Origin: an uncultured Methanosarcinales archaeon
GTDB lineage: Archaea > Nanobdellota > Nanobdellia > Woesearchaeales > CAXGTL01
Direction: 5' to 3'
DNA: 64,000 nt
NCBI GenBank assembly: GCA_964535955.1
Contig: CAZHVK010000004.1
Location: 6,222-70,221, forward strand
Shown here: positions 8,534-16,886 of the stretch, one piece after another
Layout: each line of letters starts with the position of its first letter
Position numbering within the stretch: the first letter of the stretch is position 1
Translations under genes and position numbers: made by a program
The notes under the pieces: model-generated
Databases searched by the model: none
What the model saw: the letters and a program-made list of their open reading frames with translations, nothing else
What the model was told of the DNA's origin: nothing

Positions 8534-10228
8534 TCACTTATGAGTAAACCAGAACTTTATTTTTTGTTCTTTATCAGAAATTTCATCTAGCCTACAAAAA
8601 CCAAACCTTTCAAACTGAATAACATTATCAACAGATAAATCACGAATTCCTTGTTCAGCTATGCCATTAACAACAGAAGTATCAGGCATAAAAATCTCAA
8701 CATCAACATGCTCATAATTCTTAGGCAGCCAGTGTATGATCACACCTTTATTCTTAGCATCTTTAAAATCATGATGGTCAGTTGAAACAAATTCAAACCC
8801 ATCACCTTTCTTTATAAAATTAATACAATCCATTAACCTGTGCACCTTTCCAGGAACCAATCTATCATAATCTTGAGAAGAAATCAAAAACTCATAACCA
8901 GTTAAAAAATCACGACAACCTCGTTCTTTAAAACTAGGATGCAGACACATCTCAACATTTTGTTCAGGAGCATTTCTAATAATAATTTCTTTAGGATTAT
9001 AAATAAAAAAATATCTATTAGCAGACCTATCAAGCAATCTACGGTTAAACACACTAAGATCATCAAATGTTAACTCACTCTCAGTTTTATTTATGCCTGT
9101 GGACAAAACAAAGTCCCATATAGCTTTTGGTTGATAACCACGGCGACGTAGAGCAGCCAATGTTGTAAGTCTAGGATCATCCCAACCCATAAATTCACCA
9201 TCCTCAATACCTTGTCTAATTTTTCTTCCTGATGATGGCACACCTTTTAGATTAAACCTTGCAGCTTCATATGTTTTAGTAATTTTTAATCCTAATTTTT
9301 CCTGAATCCATCTTTGCAGTTCTGTCCTCATCTCAAATTCTTTTGTCCTTATTCTAATATCTATCTGTGAATATGAATCCATTATAGCACTTTGAAAATC
9401 ATAATTAGGCCACACCCTGTACTTTCTGCCTAGCCTAGGATGTTCTTTATCAATTATTCTAAAGATGATAGGATCTCTCATTGTAGAATTCTTATGACTA
9501 AGATCAATCTTAAATCTAAGAACTGCTTTTCCCTCATTATAGGTGGAAAATGTTTTCCAAAACTGAAGATTTTCATCAACACCTCTATCACGACATTTGC
9601 AAGGTTCTGATTTCATCCTATTTTCTTTTATTTTTTCTTGTTCACAAAAACACATATATGCTAAACCATTTTTAATCACTTGTTCTGCTTTTTTATAAAA
9701 CATCTCCATATGATCAGATGCATAGATCAGTTTATCCCATGACGCACCTAACCATTTATAATCATAAAGCATCATATCATAAAACTTTTTTATAACAGTA
9801 GCAGGATTGGTATCTTCAAACCTAAGAATAAATTTACCTTTATGTTTTTTAGCAAGTTCATAATTAACAGCCAGTGACTTTGCATGTCCAAGATGTGTAT
9901 ATTTTTCAGGCCCAGGTGGAAATCCAGTTGTTAAAGGACCTTCTGGTAAATTCAAAAACTCGAATATGTCTCTTTCTTTTTTCTCCTTCTTAACTAACAT
10001 TTCAGGTGCAATCTCTTGTAATTTAGCAATCTGATTATCAGGTTTCATAGAATTAACAGTTTTAACAATCCTATTAACTTCTTTACCAATCTCCTTCATC
10101 TGCTTCTTAAGTTCAGTATGATCACCAAGAAGTTTGCCAATTATAGCTCCAGGACTGGCTTTTCCTTTGAACTTGACAGCATTTTGTAATGCGAATTTCA
10201 ATATTAATTCTTCTATCTCTTTTTTCAT
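8534..10228 (-). CDS. gltX: Glutamyl-tRNA synthetase, archaeal/eukaryal type (non-discriminating GluRS likely)
   Basis: Class I catalytic core with HIGH-type motif YTHLGHAKS and GlxRS-like anticodon-binding beta-barrels. Start is the ATG at 10228 (MKKEIEELILKF, RBS AAAGGTG); the track's N-terminal extension to 10414 runs into the structured repeat element. Confidence 0.85.
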   Translation of the reverse strand: MKKEIEELILKFALQNAVKFKGKASPGAIIGKLLGDHTELKKQMKEIGKEVNRIVKTVNSMKPDNQIAKLQEIAPEMLVKKEKKERDIFEFLNLPEGPLTTGFPPGPEKYTHLGHAKSLAVNYELAKKHKGKFILRFEDTNPATVIKKFYDMMLYDYKWLGASWDKLIYASDHMEMFYKKAEQVIKNGLAYMCFCEQEKIKENRMKSEPCKCRDRGVDENLQFWKTFSTYNEGKAVLRFKIDLSHKNSTMRDPIIFRIIDKEHPRLGRKYRVWPNYDFQSAIMDSYSQIDIRIRTKEFEMRTELQRWIQEKLGLKITKTYEAARFNLKGVPSSGRKIRQGIEDGEFMGWDDPRLTTLAALRRRGYQPKAIWDFVLSTGINKTESELTFDDLSVFNRRLLDRSANRYFFIYNPKEIIIRNAPEQNVEMCLHPSFKERGCRDFLTGYEFLISSQDYDRLVPGKVHRLMDCINFIKKGDGFEFVSTDHHDFKDAKNKGVIIHWLPKNYEHVDVEIFMPDTSVVNGIAEQGIRDLSVDNVIQFERFGFCRLDEISDKEQKIKFWFTHK

Positions 10229-10295
10229 TACAACACCTTTTTTTATGATATTAAGAACAAAGAACCCTTTATATATAAATATTGCTACGGGAAGT

Positions 10296-10457
10296 ATGTG
10301 CATGGCGTCCGTCATAAATGCAGAGCATTTATGATCGTGCTCAGAAATGTTCCATTTCTGACATGTAAGACAAGTGAGCACCCCTCTGATTGTCAAAGGA
10401 TCAGGACTTTCCATACAAAACTATTGCACTTGGAAAGTGCGAACGAGCCATGCACAT
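10296..10457 (+). ncRNA. Structured repeat element copy 1 (162 nt): closing helix plus three hairpins; candidate novel ncRNA or structured MITE
   Basis: atgtgcatgg...ccatgcacat closing helix; hairpins tcataaatgc/gcatttatga, gtgctca[cagaaatg-ttc-catttctg]acatgtaagacaagtgagcac, ctttcca/tggaaag, then tgcgaacga. Near-identical architecture at 18925..19087. Confidence 0.5.
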
Positions 10458-10646
10458 GCTCTAACTCTCTAGAAAACACCTTAAAAACTCTCAAAATATA
10501 CTACCAATAAAGAGTAACATTTATAAAGGATAACCCATTCCCTACATAGTATAGCAAAAGAGGTTCTATGATATTAACATAATATATTTGAACATAATAT
10601 ATTAACACAATCAATAATCAATATAAACAGTGCGGGGTGCAATATA

Positions 10647-11234
10647 ATGTTAGGTATTGAACAAAGTTATGAAACAGACATAAAAAACATATTACAATTC
10701 AGAGATCTTTTTGATCAAAACAATCAAATAAAACTTTATGAATTTAGTGAGATTGTAAATTATTTTTTTGACAGATATGTGCATAAATCTTGGGAAAAGC
10801 AAAAACAAACATTTTTTCAAAGAATACAACAAGGAATATCAGACTTCTCAAAAAGCCTTGATCAAAGAATAGATGATTCACTTAACAAGATGAATTGTCC
10901 AAGAGATTTGATCGAAGAGCTTGATAATAATGCATTCTTAGTTAATCTTGAAGCAAGGGGTTATGAATTTCCAGAAGTTGTACAAGAATTAGAAGATAAA
11001 GGTTACATAAACAAGCAAAGAACAGAATTACTCATTGACCAATATCAAAAATACTTAAGATTCGGTGGTTTTTATGATGAGATGAATGCAACTTTTAACA
11101 TGGTCAACACTGCATTAACAGGTGTAAGTGATGTAGATCTCTCTGGAAACCCATCAGAATCAAGAACTAGTATTAGAAATCCAAGAAACAAAAAAGTAAT
11201 TTCAGTAGATTTTAAAAATAAAAGAAAAAAATAA
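10647..11234 (+). CDS. Hypothetical protein (195 aa)
   Basis: Intact ORF, RBS GGGGTG upstream; no motif recognised. Confidence 0.5.
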   Translation: MLGIEQSYETDIKNILQFRDLFDQNNQIKLYEFSEIVNYFFDRYVHKSWEKQKQTFFQRIQQGISDFSKSLDQRIDDSLNKMNCPRDLIEELDNNAFLVNLEARGYEFPEVVQELEDKGYINKQRTELLIDQYQKYLRFGGFYDEMNATFNMVNTALTGVSDVDLSGNPSESRTSIRNPRNKKVISVDFKNKRKK

Positions 11235-11252
11235 AAAGTTTTTTTCTACTTT

Positions 11253-12140
11253 TTATCTAGGGAAACGACCATATGCTACATCCATATCATTTGCAGCTCT
11301 TGCTAATTTTGCAACACCCATAACACATTTATTTTTGGATATGCTTCCATCTTTTTCTATGACAGGGCACAAATAATTTAAATATTTCCCTTGTTTAACC
11401 AATATAAGCAATGTTTCTTTTATATTCAGAATCTCAAGTCTTGTTTGTTTTAAGAATTCTTCAACTTCTGGTGTTTTAGCCATATTCTTAATTGCTTCTG
11501 GTTTTAATTTTGGTGGTTGTGTTAACTTATTAATCAATATTATAACTGCTTTTACCACTTTTTGTGCATTTTTTACAATACTATAATTATAACCACCTGT
11601 TTTTGCTTTTTTTAGGCCAGCTATTATTTTATCCAATTCATCTAATAAATAAATATTTTCACCAACCTTAGGGCCTGATATATTCAACATTGGAAAAGTA
11701 AGATTATAATCCTTAGACATTTTCAATAAATGTCCTAAAAGCCCTTTTAAATCTTTTAATTTATCAATAGTAGGTCCTGGTCCTGTTGCAGCCCAATCAT
11801 CTTTACCAAATTTGGCAATAGCAACACCGATTATAACAGCCCTATTTTTATACAATTTCATCTCATTTAAAAAATTTCCAGCTTTTGCAAGTGCTTCACG
11901 TTCAGCAGCAATATGAACAATATCTTTTTCAATCAATGCAAGAGCTTTTCTTTTCTCATTCCATGCTGTTGCTGCAGCTGCATAACGAGGCCCTTCACTT
12001 TGTGAACCTTCTACATATTTTTTAAACTTTTGCAGATTAAAATGAAATTTTGCAGAAATATTATATCCAGCTTTTAGATTTTTTACACCAATACCTCTTC
12101 TTTTAACCATTGTTGAAACAAAACTTCCAAACCATCCCAT
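11253..12140 (-). CDS. Hypothetical protein (295 aa), last gene of the minus-strand exosome operon
   Basis: Intact ORF downstream of rrp42; no motif recognised. Confidence 0.5.
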   Translation of the reverse strand: MGWFGSFVSTMVKRRGIGVKNLKAGYNISAKFHFNLQKFKKYVEGSQSEGPRYAAAATAWNEKRKALALIEKDIVHIAAEREALAKAGNFLNEMKLYKNRAVIIGVAIAKFGKDDWAATGPGPTIDKLKDLKGLLGHLLKMSKDYNLTFPMLNISGPKVGENIYLLDELDKIIAGLKKAKTGGYNYSIVKNAQKVVKAVIILINKLTQPPKLKPEAIKNMAKTPEVEEFLKQTRLEILNIKETLLILVKQGKYLNYLCPVIEKDGSISKNKCVMGVAKLARAANDMDVAYGRFPR

Positions 12141-12290
12141 TTTATATCACCTTTTTTTATTGATTTATTTAATAAAAAGACAATAGAAACACAATTCTAT
12201 CGCCTTTTATTCTATTTATGACTGATATATATATAAATATTTCTATAATTCACAACTATTACTATACAATCTCTAAACAATCAATCACAA

Positions 12291-13070
12291 TTACTTTGGT
12301 AAATACTTTCTCAGCTCATCACATTTCTTACTAGCCAGCTCAACCATTTCCATGATTTCCTCAGCACTCAAAGAATGATCTCCACCTTTCTGCATTGCAC
12401 ATATATCATTAGATTCATCAAAAGCAACTGTTAACCTTGCATCATAAACTTCTTCTTCATCAGGCAAAGGGTCAACAACAAAATTATCACCAATCTTCCA
12501 CACAGTGCATGATATTGGTTGATTATTAAGTTTTATTCCTTGTTTTGATTTTTCTTCATAATTAATCTTGTATACTCCATCTGTTTCTTCTAATCCAGGC
12601 AGCTCAGTGTCCATTAATGCAGCTAATGCACCTATTGCACTTGCATCAAACAAATTACCAGCAGCATTAATAGGAACAATATCAATTGCACAGACCCAGA
12701 CTTTTTCTCCAGATTTAATACACATGCTTTTAAAATCAAGACATTTACTTTCTCGAACACCACGATCAATTACACGAGCTAGTTCAATTGCTTCTATTCT
12801 TGGTGGTCCTGATTCAAAATCAGGTGAAGCAAGTGGAATTAATTCTGCACCAACCATTATAGTTCCTTGATCAGGAGAATCAGGATATGGTGACATTATT
12901 TCCATCTTAACACCAACAACAACAATAGTGTCACCTATTGTAACTCTTGCAGAACCTTCTGCACCTTCTGTCACACCTAGTTCTATTTTGATTGGTTTTC
13001 TATATTCATCATTCTTTCTTCCATCTAACCTAATATTTTGTTTTATTAGTTTGATTATGTGGTTTTTCAT
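12291..13070 (-). CDS. rrp42: Exosome complex RNase PH-like subunit Rrp42
   Basis: RNase PH fold, N-terminus IRLDGRKNDEYRKP; position after rrp41 in the conserved archaeal operon. ATG at 13070 with RBS GAGGTGG 5 nt upstream (the track's 13079 is a GTG). Confidence 0.8.
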   Translation of the reverse strand: MKNHIIKLIKQNIRLDGRKNDEYRKPIKIELGVTEGAEGSARVTIGDTIVVVGVKMEIMSPYPDSPDQGTIMVGAELIPLASPDFESGPPRIEAIELARVIDRGVRESKCLDFKSMCIKSGEKVWVCAIDIVPINAAGNLFDASAIGALAALMDTELPGLEETDGVYKINYEEKSKQGIKLNNQPISCTVWKIGDNFVVDPLPDEEEVYDARLTVAFDESNDICAMQKGGDHSLSAEEIMEMVELASKKCDELRKYLPK

Positions 13071-13098
13071 AAAAACCACCTCTGGTTGTTTTTATGAA
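13066..13098 (-). promoter_or_regulatory. Intercistronic hairpin sequestering the RBS and start codon of rrp42
   Basis: mRNA-sense TTCATAAAAACAACCA-GAGG-TGGTTTTTATGAA; the 13-bp arms ttcataaaaac(a)acca / tggtttttatgaa are reverse complements and contain the SD and the ATG. Confidence 0.4.
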
Positions 13099-13134
13099 GC
13101 TTAAAAATCTTTAATTTTTTTTGTTTTGTAATAC

Positions 13135-13860
13135 TCATTTTGCCACCTCATACGCTTGTTTCAATGCCTTTTTCTGTACTTCATAGATTTCCATGCAAAC
13201 TTTTTTAGCCATTTCTAATGACTTTTTAAGTTGTTCTTTTTTAATTCTTCCATCTAATTGTAACAAAGTTACTTTACCAAGATTAGGCATCATTGCAACT
13301 GGTATATCTGTCACATGTTCATTATCAAATTTGTCAACAAATTCTGTATAATGTTCTTCTTTATAATCAAGATCAGCAACAATTGTATTATCAACTTCTC
13401 CAACACCTACTGCTGTAACCAAATCTTTCATTTGAAATCCAGCATGTGCTAAAGCCATTGATGCTGCACATATTCCAGCACATCTTGACCCTGCATCAGA
13501 TTGATCAATTTCAATAAATATATCAACCACTGCATTAGGAAACTCACTTAAATCAAGTGCAGGCAATAATGCTTTTTGTGTTACTAGTCCAATTTCTTTA
13601 GAACGACGATTTCCACCTGGCCTTATTCTGCCACCATTTGTTCCTGAGAATGGTAACATATTATAATTACATCTTAGCATTCCTTTTTCAGGATCTTGTA
13701 AAAATCTAGGATAAAGTTCTCTAGGACCATACACAGCAGCAATTGCTCTTGTTTTTCCTTGTTGAAACATTGCAGAACCAATTGCATTCTTTACAACTCC
13801 AACTTTTGCTTTTATTGGTCTTATTTCATCTAATTTTCTTCCATCTAAACGTTGTTTCAT
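13135..13860 (-). CDS. rrp41: Exosome complex catalytic RNase PH subunit Rrp41
   Basis: Phosphate-binding RLDGRKLDEIRP motif, RNase PH fold. ATG at 13860 with RBS GAGGTGG (the track's 13869 is a GTG). Confidence 0.85.
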   Translation of the reverse strand: MKQRLDGRKLDEIRPIKAKVGVVKNAIGSAMFQQGKTRAIAAVYGPRELYPRFLQDPEKGMLRCNYNMLPFSGTNGGRIRPGGNRRSKEIGLVTQKALLPALDLSEFPNAVVDIFIEIDQSDAGSRCAGICAASMALAHAGFQMKDLVTAVGVGEVDNTIVADLDYKEEHYTEFVDKFDNEHVTDIPVAMMPNLGKVTLLQLDGRIKKEQLKKSLEMAKKVCMEIYEVQKKALKQAYEVAK

Positions 13861-13886
13861 AAAAACCACCTCATGGTTTTTATGAA
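13856..13886 (-). promoter_or_regulatory. Intercistronic hairpin sequestering the RBS and start codon of rrp41 (same motif as at rrp42)
   Basis: TTCATAAAAACCA-TGAGG-TGGTTTTTATGAA: perfect 13-bp inverted repeat around the SD and ATG. Confidence 0.4.
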
Positions 13887-13928
13887 TTTCAAAATTTCAT
13901 TTTGAATTTTCATTTTAAATTCCTCCAT

Positions 13929-14726
13929 TTATCTCCTTTTATTAAATTTATTAAAAGACCTTGTATCTCTTCTCTGAGGTGGTCTATGATCATCTCTTTC
14001 CTCAGGTCTTGGATTAGAAATAATCTCTACTTTTTTTCCAGTCTTTTCTTCTAAAAATACTTTGATTCTATCTGTTAAACCTGCAAAATGTGATTCAGCT
14101 TCAATCTTTTTGATTGTTTCACTTGCTAATAATTCCATCTTAGGATCTTCTGCATTTAACCAAACCAATCCATTTTGTCCAACAATTATCTTACATTCAG
14201 TTGCATTCTTGATCATTGAGATCATTGAAGCATTTTTACCGATTATTCTTGGAACTTTGCAAGGAGTTATACTTAAAATCCTTCCTTCTCCTAGTCTCCT
14301 AAGACCTCTGTCTTTCATTGTAATATCAATCAAGTTTTGTGAAGTTATATTCTTTATTTTTGTAAGCATATAATCTCCTATATTAAAAAACCTAGTTAAA
14401 TCAGCATTCCTTGGTATAAATTGTGAACCTGCTTCTGCAATTGATAACATTGCACTATAAGCAGAATTAGTTTCAACTCTCCATCCACTAAAAGTTATGT
14501 CAAAAACTTTTACAATTATTCTGTCACCAACTTTAGGAATATATTTTCCACCAAGTTTGATTATCTTGATTGCTCTGCCTTCAACTGAAACCAAACCAAG
14601 TCGTGAGGCAATTATATAATCACCTTCTCTATATGTTCTTTGTCCAGGCAAAAAATCAAGACCTTGAGCTAATTTTTCTCCAGGAACAACAATGTCTTTT
14701 TCTTTTACTAATAATTTACTTTCCAT
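13929..14726 (-). CDS. rrp4: Exosome RNA-binding cap subunit Rrp4 (N-terminal domain, S1 and KH domains)
   Basis: S1-like region (GDYIIASRLGLVSVEG...) and KH-like GKNASMISMIKNATECKIIVGQNGLVWL; operon position. Confidence 0.8.
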   Translation of the reverse strand: MESKLLVKEKDIVVPGEKLAQGLDFLPGQRTYREGDYIIASRLGLVSVEGRAIKIIKLGGKYIPKVGDRIIVKVFDITFSGWRVETNSAYSAMLSIAEAGSQFIPRNADLTRFFNIGDYMLTKIKNITSQNLIDITMKDRGLRRLGEGRILSITPCKVPRIIGKNASMISMIKNATECKIIVGQNGLVWLNAEDPKMELLASETIKKIEAESHFAGLTDRIKVFLEEKTGKKVEIISNPRPEERDDHRPPQRRDTRSFNKFNKRR

Positions 14727-14805
14727 TTTCTTTTTTCCTCCAAATTATTTTTTATTATTATTTTCATTTTTCTTATTTTATTTATTCTTGTTTCCTCTTG
14801 TCAAC

Positions 14806-15537
14806 TTACCTCGTTCTAACAATTTTACTCTCAACCTTGCCATGAGTCATATTATTTAATTTTTCAAAAAACTCTTCTGTTAAGCCTGCTGGAATTTCAA
14901 TAATAGATGTTAACGATCCATCATTATTCCAATTCTCTTTTAATATTTTTGCAAAACTCTTAACAATTGAATAGGATTTTGCAGCATATTCAGTAGGAAT
15001 ACGCACTTCTATTTCTCTTATCTCAAACTTAATAGCAAGAATAGGTCTTAACTTTTCTAAGATTTCTTTAATTTGATCTTCAGCTTTTCTATATTCTTGC
15101 ACATGAACTTTAGCTTCTTTAAATGCATTTTCTATCCTTTCAATAGGATGTGGTAATTTTGTTCTTGGATCAATCCCATTTCTATGGATAATGTTTATAA
15201 TTTTTCTTTTTTTATCCTCAACCAATTTAGCACGATACTCAGCTGTTAATTGGATTTCTCCTTGTTTGATAATTATTTTTGCAACTTCATAAGGATCACT
15301 TGTTTCAAACACTGTTTTCATCCTATTTTCAGAAGCCAGCATTCCTTTTTTAGCATCATTAAACACTTTAGGTGCTTTTAATATCTCTCTTATATTGATA
15401 CTTTCATCACCTTGTTTAAATTTAACAGCTAAATCTGGATCAATATCTATTTCAAAGTTTTCACCATCTTTTTTAATTCTTGCAACATTAATATGTATTT
15501 TTTTTGTCAAGTCCAATGTTCCGCCTGCTTGTCCCAT
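14806..15537 (-). CDS. sdo1: SBDS/Sdo1 family ribosome maturation protein
   Basis: About 240-aa protein between psmA and rrp4, as in the conserved archaeal superoperon. ATG at 15537 (MGQAGG) with RBS GGGTGA (the track start at 15546 is a GTG). Confidence 0.65.
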   Translation of the reverse strand: MGQAGGTLDLTKKIHINVARIKKDGENFEIDIDPDLAVKFKQGDESINIREILKAPKVFNDAKKGMLASENRMKTVFETSDPYEVAKIIIKQGEIQLTAEYRAKLVEDKKRKIINIIHRNGIDPRTKLPHPIERIENAFKEAKVHVQEYRKAEDQIKEILEKLRPILAIKFEIREIEVRIPTEYAAKSYSIVKSFAKILKENWNNDGSLTSIIEIPAGLTEEFFEKLNNMTHGKVESKIVRTR

Positions 15538-15564
15538 ATTTATCACCCATATATATTTTTATAT

Positions 15565-16299
15565 TTATTTCTTCTTTTTAGCAGCTTTTACATATTTTTC
15601 TAATTCATTGTTTGCTATTTTTTTAAACTTGTTATCTTTTATAGATATAAATGCGCAATCTAGTCTATCCACATGAAAGTTTTTACCCAATGCTTTGATT
15701 AAAGCTCTAATTGCAAGTTTTATACCTTCATCAATCGTTAGATTTTCATTATACTGTTTTTGAAGTATTTCTTCAACTTCTAATTCAGATTCACCAATTG
15801 CACTTGCTTTATACCTAAAATAAATCCCTGTTGGATCTGTTTCATATAATTTAGGTTTTCCTTCATCAATTCCTGCAACCAAAATTGATACTCCAAAAGG
15901 TCTAAGCCCGCCTGATTGTGTAAAGATCTGTTTAACATTACACATATCCTTAACAATTGATAATACATCTACAGGTGAATCATATGTAACTCTGTGTTGT
16001 TGTGCTTTTAACTGTGCTCTTTCAATCAACACTCTTGCATCTGACAAAATACCTGATGCAGTGGAACCTATATGGTCATCTATCTGCCATATCTTTTCAA
16101 CAGCATCCTTTACAATCAAAGGATCAACTATTCTTTTATCAGTTACTAGTACAACTCCATCTTTACATATCATACCAATTGCAGTAGAACCTTGTCTAAC
16201 TGTTTTTTTAGCATACTCTACTTGTAATAATCTTCCGTCAGGGCTGAACATTACAGCTGCCCTGTCATATCCCATCATCTGATGTTCCATTGGTTGCAT
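15565..16299 (-). CDS. psmA: Proteasome alpha subunit
   Basis: N-terminus GYDRAAVMFSPDGRLLQVEYA is the proteasome alpha signature. ATG at 16299 with RBS GAGGTGG (the track's GTG at 16311 lies inside the RBS). Confidence 0.85.
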   Translation of the reverse strand: MQPMEHQMMGYDRAAVMFSPDGRLLQVEYAKKTVRQGSTAIGMICKDGVVLVTDKRIVDPLIVKDAVEKIWQIDDHIGSTASGILSDARVLIERAQLKAQQHRVTYDSPVDVLSIVKDMCNVKQIFTQSGGLRPFGVSILVAGIDEGKPKLYETDPTGIYFRYKASAIGESELEVEEILQKQYNENLTIDEGIKLAIRALIKALGKNFHVDRLDCAFISIKDNKFKKIANNELEKYVKAAKKKK

Positions 16300-16416
16300 T
16301 TTAAATTCCACCTCATATTTAGTTTATTTGATTTTTGATAATTATTAATTTTAAGATGCAACTTTTTTACGAGCGTAGCGAGGAAATTTAGTTGCATTTT
16401 TATTTCACCTCATATA

Positions 16417-16755
16417 TCACACAAAGTATTTACTCAATTTCTTTATACTTCCACTTGTCACAACACTTTTGACAATCAATTTCTTTCCACCTATTGATTT
16501 CACAAGTGCCAGACCTGCTTTTAATTCATTTACAAACTTATGATTTACTTTGATCATTCCATATGGAAATTTATATTTTTTATCAATAAACATAATACCA
16601 GCCTTACCATAACCTAATTCCCCTAAAAACCTAAGCAATACAGAATTAATATCCTTTTTAACATCTCTATAACTTAATTTATCTTTACTAATGATTTCAA
16701 ATACCACATATCTTTTCTTTTGCTTTAAGCTTGGTAATAATGGCTTACCTTTCAA
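16417..16755 (-). CDS. rnp2: RNase P protein component Pop5 (Rnp2)
   Basis: LLPSLKQKKRYVVFEI...LRFLGELGYGKAG...SGSIKKL matches the archaeal Pop5 pattern (LPPTLRDKKRYIAF...LGELG...VSGTIKRL); sits upstream of psmA as in the conserved operon. Confidence 0.7.
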   Translation of the reverse strand: MKGKPLLPSLKQKKRYVVFEIISKDKLSYRDVKKDINSVLLRFLGELGYGKAGIMFIDKKYKFPYGMIKVNHKFVNELKAGLALVKSIGGKKLIVKSVVTSGSIKKLSKYFV

Positions 16756-16886
16756 TTATAACACCTCTAAATGCCATATTATTAATTTTGTGAGAAAATA
16801 GTATTTTATTGTATCTCATCTTCTCATCTCTCTCGTATTTCAGTGAAAGTGGTTGTTGTTTATAAAAGTATCTATTTGTACAGAAT

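Noticed and set aside
10296-10457. The repeat elements as bacterial-type T-box leaders of the aaRS genes.
   Set aside because: No T-box consensus (AATTAGGGTGGTACCGCG-like) or specifier/antiterminator architecture. The genomic context is archaeal. The GluRS-adjacent copy is on the opposite strand, and other copies precede non-aaRS genes.
10229-10510. N-terminal extension of GluRS (track start 10414) and the + strand ORFs 10134..10334 and 10298..10510.
   Set aside because: The extension has no similarity to GluRS and runs through the structured repeat element; the conserved GluRS N-terminus starts at the ATG at 10228 with its own RBS.
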